A stretch of 63,305 nt of DNA, counting the filler, from Pseudomonadota bacterium (GTDB lineage: Bacteria; Desulfobacterota; Desulfobacteria; Desulfobacterales; JBDRRP01), in the NCBI GenBank assembly GCA_043825735.1. It is 4 parts of 4 records of this genome, joined end to end, with 100 filler letters (N's around TTAATTAATTAA, not from the genome) between each part and the next. Parts side by side here need not be neighbours in the genome. Positions count along the whole stretch, not along the records: positions 1 to 29,604 come from JBDRRP010000081.1; 3 more parts are not named here. The stretch is one strand, 5' to 3'. This document shows, piece by piece, positions 9,459 to 19,324 of the stretch. The notes beneath the pieces were generated by a model. That model saw only the letters and a program-made list of their open reading frames with translations, was not told the DNA's origin and made no database searches. How positions within the stretch are numbered: the first letter of the stretch is position 1; each line of letters opens with the position of its first letter. A program made the position numbers and the translations under genes.

Positions 9459-11210
9459 ATGACCGCTTACAACCTGCTTCGCCCATACTTTCTGCGCCAC
9501 CGTCGGATCATCGTCGCCGGCATCTGCTGCCTGATCCTCGTCGATCTGATGCAGCTGTTCATACCCCGCGTCATCAAGCTCACCGTGGACGATCTGACCC
9601 TTCACAGCACGGACCTGCCGCGGTTGACGCGCCAGGCACTGGTGATTGTCGCACTGGCCCTTTTCATCGGCGTGTTCCGATATATCTGGCGCCGCTGCCT
9701 CATCGGCACCTCGCGCATCATTGAAGAGGGGCTGCGCGATCGGCTGTTTCGGCACATCCAGACGCTTTCGGCCGCTTATTTCGACCGTACCCATACCGGC
9801 GACATCATGGCCCATGCCACCAACGACATCAACCACATCCGGATGGCAACCGGAATGGGACTGGTCGCCCTCACGGACAGCGTTTTCATGGGAACCGCCG
9901 CCATTGGCTTCATGGCCTACATCAGCCTGGATCTCACCCTGCTGGTGATCATCCCGATGCCGCTCATCGCCGTTGGCACCCGTTTCTTCAGCAAGCGCAT
10001 GCACCGGCGCTACGGCGCGGTCCAGGCCGTTTTTTCCGAGGTGACGGAAACCGTCAGAGAAAGGCTCACCGGCATCCGGGTCATCAAGAGCGATCTTTTG
10101 GAGGCGGCATCCGAAGCGGCGGTGGCCCAAAGCTCCCAGCGCTACATTGCGGCCAACCTGAAGCTGATCCGCATCACCGGCGCTTTTTTCCCCGTAATGA
10201 TGCTGTTTGCCAATCTGAGCATGGTGATGGTGGTTTATTTCGGAGGCCGCCGAACCATCACCGCATCCATCAGCCCGGGCGATTTCGTTGCCTTCATCAG
10301 CTACCTGGGGCTCCTGACATGGCCGATGATGGCCACCGGATGGGTGGTCAATCTCATGCAGCGCGGCAAGGCCTCCCTGGATCGCATCAACACCATTTTG
10401 ACCACGCAGCCGGAGATCACACCGCCGCCGACGCAGGCCCTCGCTGTGACGCGACCATTCAGGGGGCTGAGCGTTGACCATGTCTCGTTTTCCTATCACC
10501 CGGGCAATGGCGCCGAGAAGGTCCTTCAGGACGTTTCCTTCGAGCTGCCCGCCGGGCAGGTCCTGGGAATCGTCGGCCCTCCGGGCAGCGGAAAGACCAC
10601 GCTGTTGCAGCTCATCGCGCGGCTCTATGATCCCACCGCCGGCGCCGTCCGGGTCAACGGCAACGACATCCGCCGCTACGACCCGGCCCAGCTGCGCGCG
10701 CTCATGGCCATGGTGCCCCAGGAGCCGTTTCTGCTGGCCGGCAGCGTGACGGACAATATCCGGTTCTTTGCCGCAGCGCCGGATGATGCACGCATGGCGG
10801 CGGCAATCCGGGCGGCCGGTCTGGAGCGGACCATCCGCGATTTCCCGCAAGGCCTCGACACGGTGGTCGGTGAAAAGGGCATTCTCCTGTCCGGCGGCCA
10901 GAAACAGCGCATCACGCTGGCCAGGGCCCTGCTCTGCGATGCGCCGCTGCTGATTCTGGACGATCCGGTCAGTCAGGTGGATGCCGAAACCGGCCGCCGG
11001 ATCGTTGACCATATTCGCACCCTTTCCGGAAAAAGCACCCTGATCATCGTCAGCCACCGGCTGAGCGCCCTGCGATTTGCCGATACCATCCTGTCGTTGA
11101 AAGACGGCCGCATCGTCGAATCCGGCACGCATGAGACACTGCTCTCGCAGGGCGGATACTATGCGCGCACCTGGCGACTGCAGGAAATAGAGGAGGCCCT
11201 CGATGCGTGA
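9459..11210 (+). CDS. ABC exporter, fused permease/ATPase (MdlA-like half)
   Basis: TM domain plus Walker A GPPGSGKT and LSGGQKQR signature; degenerate Walker B (LILDD) as in heterodimeric exporters. Confidence 0.92.
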   Translation: MTAYNLLRPYFLRHRRIIVAGICCLILVDLMQLFIPRVIKLTVDDLTLHSTDLPRLTRQALVIVALALFIGVFRYIWRRCLIGTSRIIEEGLRDRLFRHIQTLSAAYFDRTHTGDIMAHATNDINHIRMATGMGLVALTDSVFMGTAAIGFMAYISLDLTLLVIIPMPLIAVGTRFFSKRMHRRYGAVQAVFSEVTETVRERLTGIRVIKSDLLEAASEAAVAQSSQRYIAANLKLIRITGAFFPVMMLFANLSMVMVVYFGGRRTITASISPGDFVAFISYLGLLTWPMMATGWVVNLMQRGKASLDRINTILTTQPEITPPPTQALAVTRPFRGLSVDHVSFSYHPGNGAEKVLQDVSFELPAGQVLGIVGPPGSGKTTLLQLIARLYDPTAGAVRVNGNDIRRYDPAQLRALMAMVPQEPFLLAGSVTDNIRFFAAAPDDARMAAAIRAAGLERTIRDFPQGLDTVVGEKGILLSGGQKQRITLARALLCDAPLLILDDPVSQVDAETGRRIVDHIRTLSGKSTLIIVSHRLSALRFADTILSLKDGRIVESGTHETLLSQGGYYARTWRLQEIEEALDA

Positions 11211-13182
11211 TGACTTCGGCTACGCCGAGGAGGCCTCCCTGGGTCGATCCTATGACGCCCGTCTGCTGGCCCGCCTCTATCCGTTCGCGCGCCCCTACCG
11301 GTTGCGCTTTCTGGTGTCGATCCTGCTGGTCATGGCCATTACGCTCCTGGAACTGGCCCTGCCGTACGCGACAAAGATCGCCGTGGACCGTTACATCGTC
11401 CCTCCGGCCGCCGCGGACGGGGCCCGTTGGGTGCGCGCTGATTTATCCGATTCGGCGTCGGCGGCCGTGGTGGCAACGCATCCTTCCGCCTTCACCATCG
11501 AGGACGGCATCGCCCGGACGCCCTACAGCACCCTCCAATCCCTGCCGATCTCCCAGCGCAAAACACTGCGCCGGACAGATCTCGATGGTCTCGGCGTCAT
11601 CGCTCTGGCGATGCTGGCGCTCATCGCCCTGGATTTCGTCGTCAACTTCGTTCAGGCCATCGTGATGGAAATCACCGGGCAGCGCATCATGCACGACATC
11701 CGCATGACCCTCTTTCGCCACATGCAGCGTCTGCCGCTGACATTTTTCTCCCACCAGCCCGTGGGACGGCTCGTCACCCGAGTCACCAACGATATCGAAA
11801 ACATGCACGAGCTGTTCACCTCGGTGGTGTCTGTTGTCTTCAAGGACATCTTTCTGCTGGCCGGCATCGCGGTGGTGCTCATGGGTCTCAACTGGCGGCT
11901 GTCTCTGATCTGTTTTACCGTACTGCCGGCGGTGGTGGTGGCCTCGGCCCATTTTGCCAACCGCAGCCGGAACGCCTTCCGGAACCTGCGGATCAAACTG
12001 GCTGAGATCAATACACGGTTTTCCGAAACCCTCAGCGGTATTCGGGTCATTCACCTCTTTGGCGCCCAGGCCCCCAACCATCGCGCCTTTTCCACCCTCA
12101 ATCACGCCTACTTCACCGAAGGCATGCTCCAGGTCCACCTGTTTGCCGTCTTTCTTCCCTTTATCGAAGTGCTCGGTGCCTGCGCCCTGGCCATCGTAAT
12201 TTACTGGGGCGGCAAGGGCATCGTGGCCGACACGGTGAGCGTGGGCGACCTGGTGGTGTTCATTTCCTACATGAAAATGTTTTTCCGCCCCATTCGGGAT
12301 ATCGCCGAAAAATACAACATCATGCAAAACGCCATGGCATCGGCCGAACGCATATTTTTGCTGCTTCGCGAGGAAACACCGGAGGACGCCGCGGCGCCGG
12401 CAGGGGCGCTCCGGCCCCCTGCCAATGCCGTCGCGGGAATCGCCTTCGAAAAAGTCGATTTCTCATATTCCCCCGGCCAGCCCGTGCTGAAGGCCATCGA
12501 CCTGCACATCGCGCCCGGTGAGAGTATCGCCGTGGTAGGCCCCACCGGATCGGGAAAAACGACCCTCACCCAGCTTCTGCTGCGGTTTTACGCCCCGACA
12601 TCGGGCCGCATCACCATCGACGGCACCGATATCGCCGGCATGGATCTGCCGACACTGCGCGGCCGCTTTGCCCTGGTCATGCAGGATCCCTTTCTTTTTT
12701 CCGACACCGTTCGCGCCAATGTGTTCCCGGATCCGTCGGCGGCCGCCGACCCGGCCAGGGTGGCGCAGGTCATCGACGCCGCCCACTGCCGGCACCTCAT
12801 CGAGCGGCTTCCCGAGGGCATCGATACTGTCCTGAGCGCCGGCGGCGGCAACCTGTCCAGCGGCGAGCGACAGCTGATCGCCATCGCACGGGCCATCGCA
12901 CGGGACCCTGATATCATCATTCTCGACGAGGCCACCTCCTACGTCGACTCGGAAACCGAACGCTACCTTCAGGGCGCCATGAAACAGCTCATGGCCGGCC
13001 GCACGGCCATCATCGTCGCCCACCGGCTGTCCACCGCACGCCAGGCCGACCGCATCGTGGTGCTCCACCAGGGGCGCCTGGTGGAAAGCGGCACCCACGA
13101 CGCGCTCATGCGCCGCCGCGGCATGTATTATCGGCTTCAGCTCATGGAGCAGCGGCATTCGGAACTGCCGCAAGTGTCCTGA
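11203..13182 (+). CDS. ABC exporter, fused permease/ATPase (MdlB-like half)
   Basis: GPTGSGKT, LSSGERQL, IILDEATS; overlaps the stop of the upstream partner. Confidence 0.92.
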   Translation: MRDDFGYAEEASLGRSYDARLLARLYPFARPYRLRFLVSILLVMAITLLELALPYATKIAVDRYIVPPAAADGARWVRADLSDSASAAVVATHPSAFTIEDGIARTPYSTLQSLPISQRKTLRRTDLDGLGVIALAMLALIALDFVVNFVQAIVMEITGQRIMHDIRMTLFRHMQRLPLTFFSHQPVGRLVTRVTNDIENMHELFTSVVSVVFKDIFLLAGIAVVLMGLNWRLSLICFTVLPAVVVASAHFANRSRNAFRNLRIKLAEINTRFSETLSGIRVIHLFGAQAPNHRAFSTLNHAYFTEGMLQVHLFAVFLPFIEVLGACALAIVIYWGGKGIVADTVSVGDLVVFISYMKMFFRPIRDIAEKYNIMQNAMASAERIFLLLREETPEDAAAPAGALRPPANAVAGIAFEKVDFSYSPGQPVLKAIDLHIAPGESIAVVGPTGSGKTTLTQLLLRFYAPTSGRITIDGTDIAGMDLPTLRGRFALVMQDPFLFSDTVRANVFPDPSAAADPARVAQVIDAAHCRHLIERLPEGIDTVLSAGGGNLSSGERQLIAIARAIARDPDIIILDEATSYVDSETERYLQGAMKQLMAGRTAIIVAHRLSTARQADRIVVLHQGRLVESGTHDALMRRRGMYYRLQLMEQRHSELPQVS

Positions 13183-13456
13183 GCACGGTGACCAGGGGGC
13201 TCTGACAAGGCACATATGGGTTGCCAAATCAGCAGCAACCATGATAGGAGTAAGCGTTTCAAATCCCCCGGTATTCGGGAGGCACAGGGGATATTCGCTC
13301 TCTGCAACCCTAGCCCGCATCCAGGCGGGCGCACCACCATGCACCGATAATCGCAGCGCACTGTTACGGCGACCTTGTCGCCGTTATTTTGGTGGAACCG
13401 TTTCAGATCCGCGGATTTCCAACAATCGTTAAACCCTAAGCCAAGGAGGAGTGGAG

Positions 13457-15220
13457 ATGCCGTACGATGCCGTAAAAATGGCGGACTGGCAGATTTCAGA
13501 AGCAGCTGAAGTGAACATGCCGACGCCGGACGAGTGGAAAGAGAAACTGGGACTTCAGTCCGATGAAATGCTGCCGATGGGCAGACTGGCCAAGATCGAC
13601 TTTCTCAAAGTCATTGACCGTTTGAAAGACAAGCCAGACGGCAAGTACATCGAAGTGACCGCCATCACCCCCACCCCGCTGGGTGAAGGCAAGAGCACGA
13701 CATCCTGCGGCCTGATGGAAGGCCTCGGAAAGCGCGGCGTCAACGTCGGCGGCGCCCTGCGCCAGCCCTCCGGCGGCCCCACCATGAACGTAAAGGGCAC
13801 GGCGGCCGGCGGCGGCAACTCGCTGCTGATCCCCATGACCGAGTTCTCCCTGGGTCTCACGGGCGACATCAACGACATCATGAACGCCCACAACCTGGCT
13901 ATGGTCGCCCTGACCTCCAGAATGCAGCACGAGCGCAACTACAACGATGAACAGCTTGCGCGCCTCACCCGTATGCCCAGGCTCGACGTTGACCCCACCC
14001 GGGTGGAGATGGGCTGGATCATGGATTTTTGTGCTCAGGCTTTGCGAAATATCGTTATCGGTCTGGGCGGCAGGGCTGACGGCATGGTCATGCAGTCGAG
14101 GTTCGGGATCGCGGTCAGCTCCGAGCTGATGGCGATTCTTTCCATTGTTCGCGATCTGGCCGACCTGCGTGAAAAACTGAACAATATCACGGTGGCCTTT
14201 AGCAAATCAGGCAAACCGATCACCACCGGCGACTTGGAAGTCGGCAATGCCATGACCGCCTGGATGCGCAATACCATCAACCCGACCCTGATGATGACGG
14301 CAGAGTATCAACCCTGCATGATTCACGCAGGGCCGTTTGCCAATATCGCCGTTGGCCAGTCTTCCATCATCGCCGACCGGGTCGGTCTCAAGCTTTTTGA
14401 CTACAACGTTACCGAATCCGGATTCGGCGCCGACATCGGCTTTGAAAAATTCTGGAACGTCAAGTGCCGTTACAGCGGACTGAAACCGAATGTCTCCGTG
14501 CTCACCACCACCATTCGGGCACTGAAAATGCACGGCGGCGGCCCCAAGGTCGTGGCCGGCCTGCCCCTGCCCAAAGAGTATCAGAAAGAGAACCTGGACA
14601 TACTGGAAAAGGGCGTTCAAAACATGGTGCACCACATCAATACCATCCGGATGTCCGGTATCAACCCGGTGGTCTGCATCAACTGCTTCCACACCGATAC
14701 CAAGGCCGAGATTGCCATGGTTCGTAAATTCGCCGAGAAAGCCGGTGCCCGCTGTGCGGTTTCCACCCACTGGGCCGACGGCGGCGACGGCGCGTTGGAA
14801 TTTGCCGATGCGGTCATCGAGGCCTGCAACGAAAAAGCCGATTTCAAATTCCTGTATCCGCTGGAAACCAAGCTGCGTGACCGGGTTGACCTGATCGCCA
14901 AGAACGTTTACGGTGCCAACGGTGTAGCCTGGACGCCTGCGGCCGAAGCCAAGGCCAAGATGCTCGAAGCCGATCCCAAGTACAATGACTACACCACCAT
15001 GATGGTCAAGACCCACCTTTCGCTGACCCATGACCCGGCCGTCAAGGGTACGCCCAAGGGATGGACCCTGCCCATTCAGGACGTGCTGATCTTCTCCGGC
15101 GCCAAGTTCCTGTGCCCCTGCTGCGGTACTATCAGCCTGATGCCCGGAACCAGCTCCGATCCTGCTTACCGCAGGGTGGATGTGGATGTTGAAACCGGGA
15201 AGGTGACAGGATTGTTCTAA
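13457..15220 (+). CDS. fhs: Formate--tetrahydrofolate ligase
   Basis: [56 protein letters not shown]. Confidence 0.96.
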   Translation: MPYDAVKMADWQISEAAEVNMPTPDEWKEKLGLQSDEMLPMGRLAKIDFLKVIDRLKDKPDGKYIEVTAITPTPLGEGKSTTSCGLMEGLGKRGVNVGGALRQPSGGPTMNVKGTAAGGGNSLLIPMTEFSLGLTGDINDIMNAHNLAMVALTSRMQHERNYNDEQLARLTRMPRLDVDPTRVEMGWIMDFCAQALRNIVIGLGGRADGMVMQSRFGIAVSSELMAILSIVRDLADLREKLNNITVAFSKSGKPITTGDLEVGNAMTAWMRNTINPTLMMTAEYQPCMIHAGPFANIAVGQSSIIADRVGLKLFDYNVTESGFGADIGFEKFWNVKCRYSGLKPNVSVLTTTIRALKMHGGGPKVVAGLPLPKEYQKENLDILEKGVQNMVHHINTIRMSGINPVVCINCFHTDTKAEIAMVRKFAEKAGARCAVSTHWADGGDGALEFADAVIEACNEKADFKFLYPLETKLRDRVDLIAKNVYGANGVAWTPAAEAKAKMLEADPKYNDYTTMMVKTHLSLTHDPAVKGTPKGWTLPIQDVLIFSGAKFLCPCCGTISLMPGTSSDPAYRRVDVDVETGKVTGLF

Positions 15221-15260
15221 TAACGTAACAATGTAACAATCGATTCATCTGATTTACCCC

Positions 15261-15293
15261 ATAGGGCCCGAATTTTTCGGGCCCTATTTTTTT
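15261..15293 (+). terminator. Rho-independent terminator after fhs
   Basis: atagggcccgaa / ttcgggccctat stem followed by a T-run. Confidence 0.9.
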
Positions 15294-15349
15294 GCGCCTT
15301 TCAAAAACCAAAATCAATTTAGCCACAGACACACACAGACCATCTAATT

Positions 15350-15626
15350 CAGAGGTTGGGGAGTTTTCGCTGTAAGACCGCTCAATGGATAATCATATTT
15401 TAAACCGTGTGAACTCGTGCATAAAGGCTCGTAAGAAAGAACAGAAGCTTTTGCAATAAAGCCAATTTTTTTCCTTACTATCGCGGGTCTCTTGCGATGA
15501 CAGTTTTTCTGAAGGTCGTCTATTCTTTCTAACGAGCCTTAATACACTCAAACAGCACACACTTTAAAATCTGATCATCCATTTCGCTAATTCACAAAGC
15601 ATTATGGAACAAACTCCCCGACCTCT
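15350..15626. mobile_element. MITE-like non-autonomous element (~277 bp)
   Basis: Terminal IRs agaggttggggagttt / aaactccccgacctct (1 mismatch); flanking direct repeat catctaatt at 15341-15349 and 15627-15635; no ORF. Confidence 0.75.
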
Positions 15627-15723
15627 CATCTAATTAAACTGCTTTCGCGAAGCGATGCGTATTCTGCCCTGCGAATGTCCGCAGGGCAGAAGTCTGTGTG
15701 CGTCTGTGGCTATTAAAACAAAA

Positions 15724-16227
15724 TCATTTTAGCCGCAGACTTTCGTATAGGGCAATCCCCACCGAAGTGGACAGGTTCAGGCTGCGGATCGCTTCGGTAA
15801 TGGGGATATGGTAGGTGGCATGCTTATACCTGGATACGATTGTTTGGGGCAGTCCTCTGGTTTCCGAGCCGAAAACCAGAAAGAGCCTCGCAGGTGACGG
15901 CATGTCCCAGAAAGGTTTGGCTCCATTTTTGGTAAACAGAACCATTTCGTCTTTTTGGGGGGCCATTTTTTTCTCGAAACTTTCAAAAGCGTCCCAGATC
16001 GTCAATTTTACCCGGTGCCAGTAGTCCAACCCCGCCCGTTTCATATCCCGGTTTTCCAATGAAAATCCCAGGGGTTTTATCAAATGCAGACAGGCATCGG
16101 TGCCCAGGCAGGTACGCCCGATATTGCCGGTGTTCCAGGGAATATCCGGTGCAACCAGAACCACATGGCGTTCAAATTGAGCACTTTGGTTATGCTTTAA
16201 AAAAGATGCCATTTCAGACCTCGTCAT
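15724..16227 (-). CDS. trmL: tRNA (cytidine/uridine-2'-O)-methyltransferase TrmL (SpoU family)
   Basis: PDIPWNTGNIGRTC, KRAGLDYW, VFGSETRGLP, RSLNLS motifs. Confidence 0.92.
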   Translation of the reverse strand: MTRSEMASFLKHNQSAQFERHVVLVAPDIPWNTGNIGRTCLGTDACLHLIKPLGFSLENRDMKRAGLDYWHRVKLTIWDAFESFEKKMAPQKDEMVLFTKNGAKPFWDMPSPARLFLVFGSETRGLPQTIVSRYKHATYHIPITEAIRSLNLSTSVGIALYESLRLK

Positions 16228-16299
16228 TCATCAGATAAAAATGACCGTAGACCTTTATATACTGCGGGATTACAAAAAATTTGGGCATCCGGTCGGTCT

Positions 16300-16463
16300 G
16301 GGTTAAGAGGTTCAGAGTTCAGCGTTCAGGGTTAATCGCTTCGCTATTTTTCCTATACCATTGATTCCATAGAGGTAATTAAATGAGGGGTCAACCTCTG
16401 AACCCTGGTCGCCTACGGCGCCGCCAAAGGCGGGTAAACCTTTGAACGTTGAACCGCTCAACC
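16300..16463. repeat. Inverted repeat built from 7-bp periodic units (gttcagr / tgaac)
   Basis: Left arm ggttcagagttcagcgttcagggtt; right arm aacctctgaaccc...aacctttgaacgttgaacc. Confidence 0.7.
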
Positions 16464-16783
16464 TATATAAGTGTAACTGGTTTGCCGCAATGAGGGCAAT
16501 ATTTGAACTCACCGTTCAATGTCCCGCCGCAAACATTGCACCTTGATTCCTTTTTGTCCCATGGGGAATAATATCCGGATGTCGTCTCCGATGTAACGCT
16601 TGCGCACCTATCACAGATGATAAACGTTTCCCCTTTTTTGACACGTATGAGGGGAATGAAAAACAGGTTAAAATAGCTGTCCACCCTTTTCAGTCGCGCC
16701 TGTGCCAATCCGCAGGCGGGACAGATCCTGGGTGTATGGTCTACAATCTTAGTTTTAGGAGCAATGCCGACAATTAAAAACAT
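16463..16783 (-). CDS. Zinc-ribbon domain protein
   Basis: CPACG, FFIPL, CDRC, CNVCG, CPHCG cysteine pairs. Confidence 0.85.
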   Translation of the reverse strand: MFLIVGIAPKTKIVDHTPRICPACGLAQARLKRVDSYFNLFFIPLIRVKKGETFIICDRCASVTSETTSGYYSPWDKKESRCNVCGGTLNGEFKYCPHCGKPVTLI

Positions 16784-16802
16784 TGGTGATGTCCGTTTTC
16801 TT

Positions 16803-16915
16803 CATCCGTTGTCAGTTGTCCGTTGTCAGCAGTTATTGAAGATTCCGAATTTATGGATGGACACTAACCACCTCTTATTTTTTCCCACGGACAACGGACC
16901 ACTGTCAACGGACAC
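16803..16915. repeat. Inverted repeat built from 7-bp periodic units (gttgtcm / acaacgg)
   Basis: tccgttgtcagttgtccgttgtcag ... acggacaacggaccactgtcaacggac. Confidence 0.7.
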
Positions 16916-17000
16916 CGATAGGAGGTTGTTAATTAAGTCTATATATTGTATAGAATTAGCTGCAGTCAATAAAGCGTTTTTTTAGCGCGGAGCTATATCA

Positions 17001-17840
17001 ATGATCATAGATTTTCATACGCATATTTTTCCTAAAGCGCTGCGGGAAAATCGGGAAGCTTATTTTGCGTCTGAACCGGCTTTCAGGCTTTTATACGGCT
17101 TGCCCGGGTCAAAACTTGTCGGGGCCCAAGAGATTGTCGCTGCAATGGACCGGCAGGGGGTCGATAAATCCGTTATTTTTGGGTTTCCCTGGAAAAATTC
17201 CCAGACATTTATCAAGCACAATGACTATATCCTGGAAGCCGTGGCAAGATATCCTAAGCGTCTTATCGGCTTGTGCTGCCTGGATCCTTTCAGCCGGGAT
17301 GCTGTCACAGAAGCTGTGCGCTGCCTGGAAGGAGGGCTTTTAGGTATTGGTGAACTTGCCTTTTATCAATCCGGCATCGATGATCAAGTTCTGGAAAAAC
17401 TGGCCCCCCTGATGCAGATCTGCCGGGACAAGGATCTTCCGGTACTGATCCACACCAATGAACCGGTGGGCCATATGTATCCAGGGAAAACACCGCATAC
17501 CCTGAAGCAGATATACGATCTGATAAAAAAATTTCCGGAAAATGCCATCGTGCTGGCCCACTGGGGCGGGGGCATCTTTTTCTTTGCCCTCCTTAAGAAG
17601 GAGGTAAAAGCAAGCCTTAAAAATGTTTATTTTGACACGGCGGCATCTCCTTTTCTTTATGCCCCGGAAATATACCGCTATGCCAGGGATATCGTCGGAC
17701 TGGATAAGATTCTTTTTGGCAGTGACTTTCCGCTTATACAACCGGCCAGGTATTTTAAGGAGCTTGATATGTCCGGGCTTGCAAAAGCTGAGATTGAATC
17801 AATCTGCGGCTTGAATGCGGCTCAATTATTCAAGCTGTGA
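17001..17840 (+). CDS. Amidohydrolase_2 family metal-dependent hydrolase
   Basis: DFHTH, GIGEL, LIHT, LAHWG, YFDTAA, LFGSDFP motifs. Confidence 0.9.
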   Translation: MIIDFHTHIFPKALRENREAYFASEPAFRLLYGLPGSKLVGAQEIVAAMDRQGVDKSVIFGFPWKNSQTFIKHNDYILEAVARYPKRLIGLCCLDPFSRDAVTEAVRCLEGGLLGIGELAFYQSGIDDQVLEKLAPLMQICRDKDLPVLIHTNEPVGHMYPGKTPHTLKQIYDLIKKFPENAIVLAHWGGGIFFFALLKKEVKASLKNVYFDTAASPFLYAPEIYRYARDIVGLDKILFGSDFPLIQPARYFKELDMSGLAKAEIESICGLNAAQLFKL

Positions 17841-17908
17841 AAACAATGCCCTGGACAATCCAGCACCAGGAAATATTTGCCACAAAGACACAAAGGATAT
17901 ATTTATTA

Positions 17909-18212
17909 CTCAAGTTTCGCACCCTGATTTATATGAAAATCCTTAGCGGGCAAGGGTTGGATGATATTTTTTAAAAGGCAAAATATAAACAGGGCGTTTT
18001 CGCATTGTTGACGGCGCCTAGAGATAAAATATTATCATATCATACTGATTAGAACACAAAACTTCGACAAACACTGTCGTTGCGCCTGGCCTGGTTGGAT
18101 TGTGAGAACAGAACTTTTAGCGCAGTTGTAAAAGATATTTTACCTTTTAAAAAACACCATCCAACCTTTACGAGTAAAGAACATCGTTAAAGTATGGGGT
18201 GCGAAACTTGAG
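17909..18212. mobile_element. MITE (304 bp) with perfect 16-bp terminal inverted repeats
   Basis: ctcaagtttcgcaccc (17909-17924) / gggtgcgaaacttgag (18197-18212); tttatta duplicated on both flanks (17902-17908, 18213-18219). Confidence 0.85.
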
Positions 18213-18336
18213 TTTATTATTCTTTCTTAGTGACGTGGTGTCTTACTTGCCCGCCATCCGGCAGGCGGGGTGACAATGGAATAAAATTTTCCACAAAAAG
18301 CACAAATTAACAATTTAGGAACTAAAGGATGACAAA

Positions 18337-18972
18337 ATGACTAAACAAAACGAAGGGCCTGCAACAGGTTATGTAAAAAAAGAGACCATGCTCTGGGTCG
18401 CCACCATTACCCTGGTCGTGGGGTTTTTGATGGGGGTGGTTGTAACGGTTTATAAATCACGCAGCGAACTGCCGGTTCTTTCTGCACCGCCACAATCGCA
18501 ATCACCACCACCGCAGGCCGGTAAGCAGGGCCCTTCGGTCGAAACGGCCGCCAGGATTTTTGAGCTCGAAAGACTGACCAACCAGAACCCTAATGATGCC
18601 GAGGCCTGGACGCAACTGGGCAACCTTTACTTTGATAGCGAAAATCATGAAAAAGCCATCGAAGCCTACCAGAAATCTCTGGCCATGAAGCCCAACGATG
18701 CCAATGTCCTGACCGACATGGGGGTTATGTACCGTCGCAGCGGCAAGCCCGATGAAGCTATTAAGGCTTTTGACAAGGCCATTGCCGTTGATCCCCGCCA
18801 CGAAGTTGCGCGCTTCAACAAGGGTATTGTGCTGATGCATGACCTGAACGATATCGCCGGTGCTGTGCGATCCTGGGAAGAACTGGTGGCCGTCAACCCG
18901 TCGGCTAAATCACCCAACGGGCAACTTGTTTCCGAGCTTATTGAACGCATGCAACCGCCCGGCAAACCTTAG
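18337..18972 (+). CDS. Membrane-anchored TPR protein
   Basis: N-terminal TM segment and three TPR motifs (AEAWTQLGNLY, ANVLTDMGVMY, ARFNKGIV). Confidence 0.9.
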   Translation: MTKQNEGPATGYVKKETMLWVATITLVVGFLMGVVVTVYKSRSELPVLSAPPQSQSPPPQAGKQGPSVETAARIFELERLTNQNPNDAEAWTQLGNLYFDSENHEKAIEAYQKSLAMKPNDANVLTDMGVMYRRSGKPDEAIKAFDKAIAVDPRHEVARFNKGIVLMHDLNDIAGAVRSWEELVAVNPSAKSPNGQLVSELIERMQPPGKP

Positions 18973-19107
18973 CATGGCGACAAAAGAGAAGCCTGTATTG
19001 GCAGAGTTGGAACGACTGCACAACTTTACGAATTTATTTAGTCCTGAAAAACTTGGTCCTTTGGGTCAGGTCAGAGATGTTTGGCACTGCCTTGGAGTTT
19101 TGTTTCT

Positions 19108-19255
19108 AAAATCACAAATTCCAAGCACCAAATTACAAATAAACTTCAAATTCCAATATTCAATGACCAAACCTTCCAGGCCGAGATTGTTTGGATTTTT
19201 GAATTTTGATCATTGTTATTTGTTTGATATTTGATGTTTGAGATTTGGAATTTAA
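19108..19255. repeat. AT-rich inverted repeat built from 7-bp periodic units (aaattmc / gatattt-like)
   Basis: aaatcacaaattccaagcaccaaattacaaat...accaaac versus gtttgg...tttgatatttgatgtttgagatttggaattt. Confidence 0.7.
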
Positions 19256-19324
19256 TTTACTCCATTTGAGATAGGTGCACCCTTATGGGGTGAAATCAAA
19301 CCCTGGTCTTCTGGGCCAGGATCT

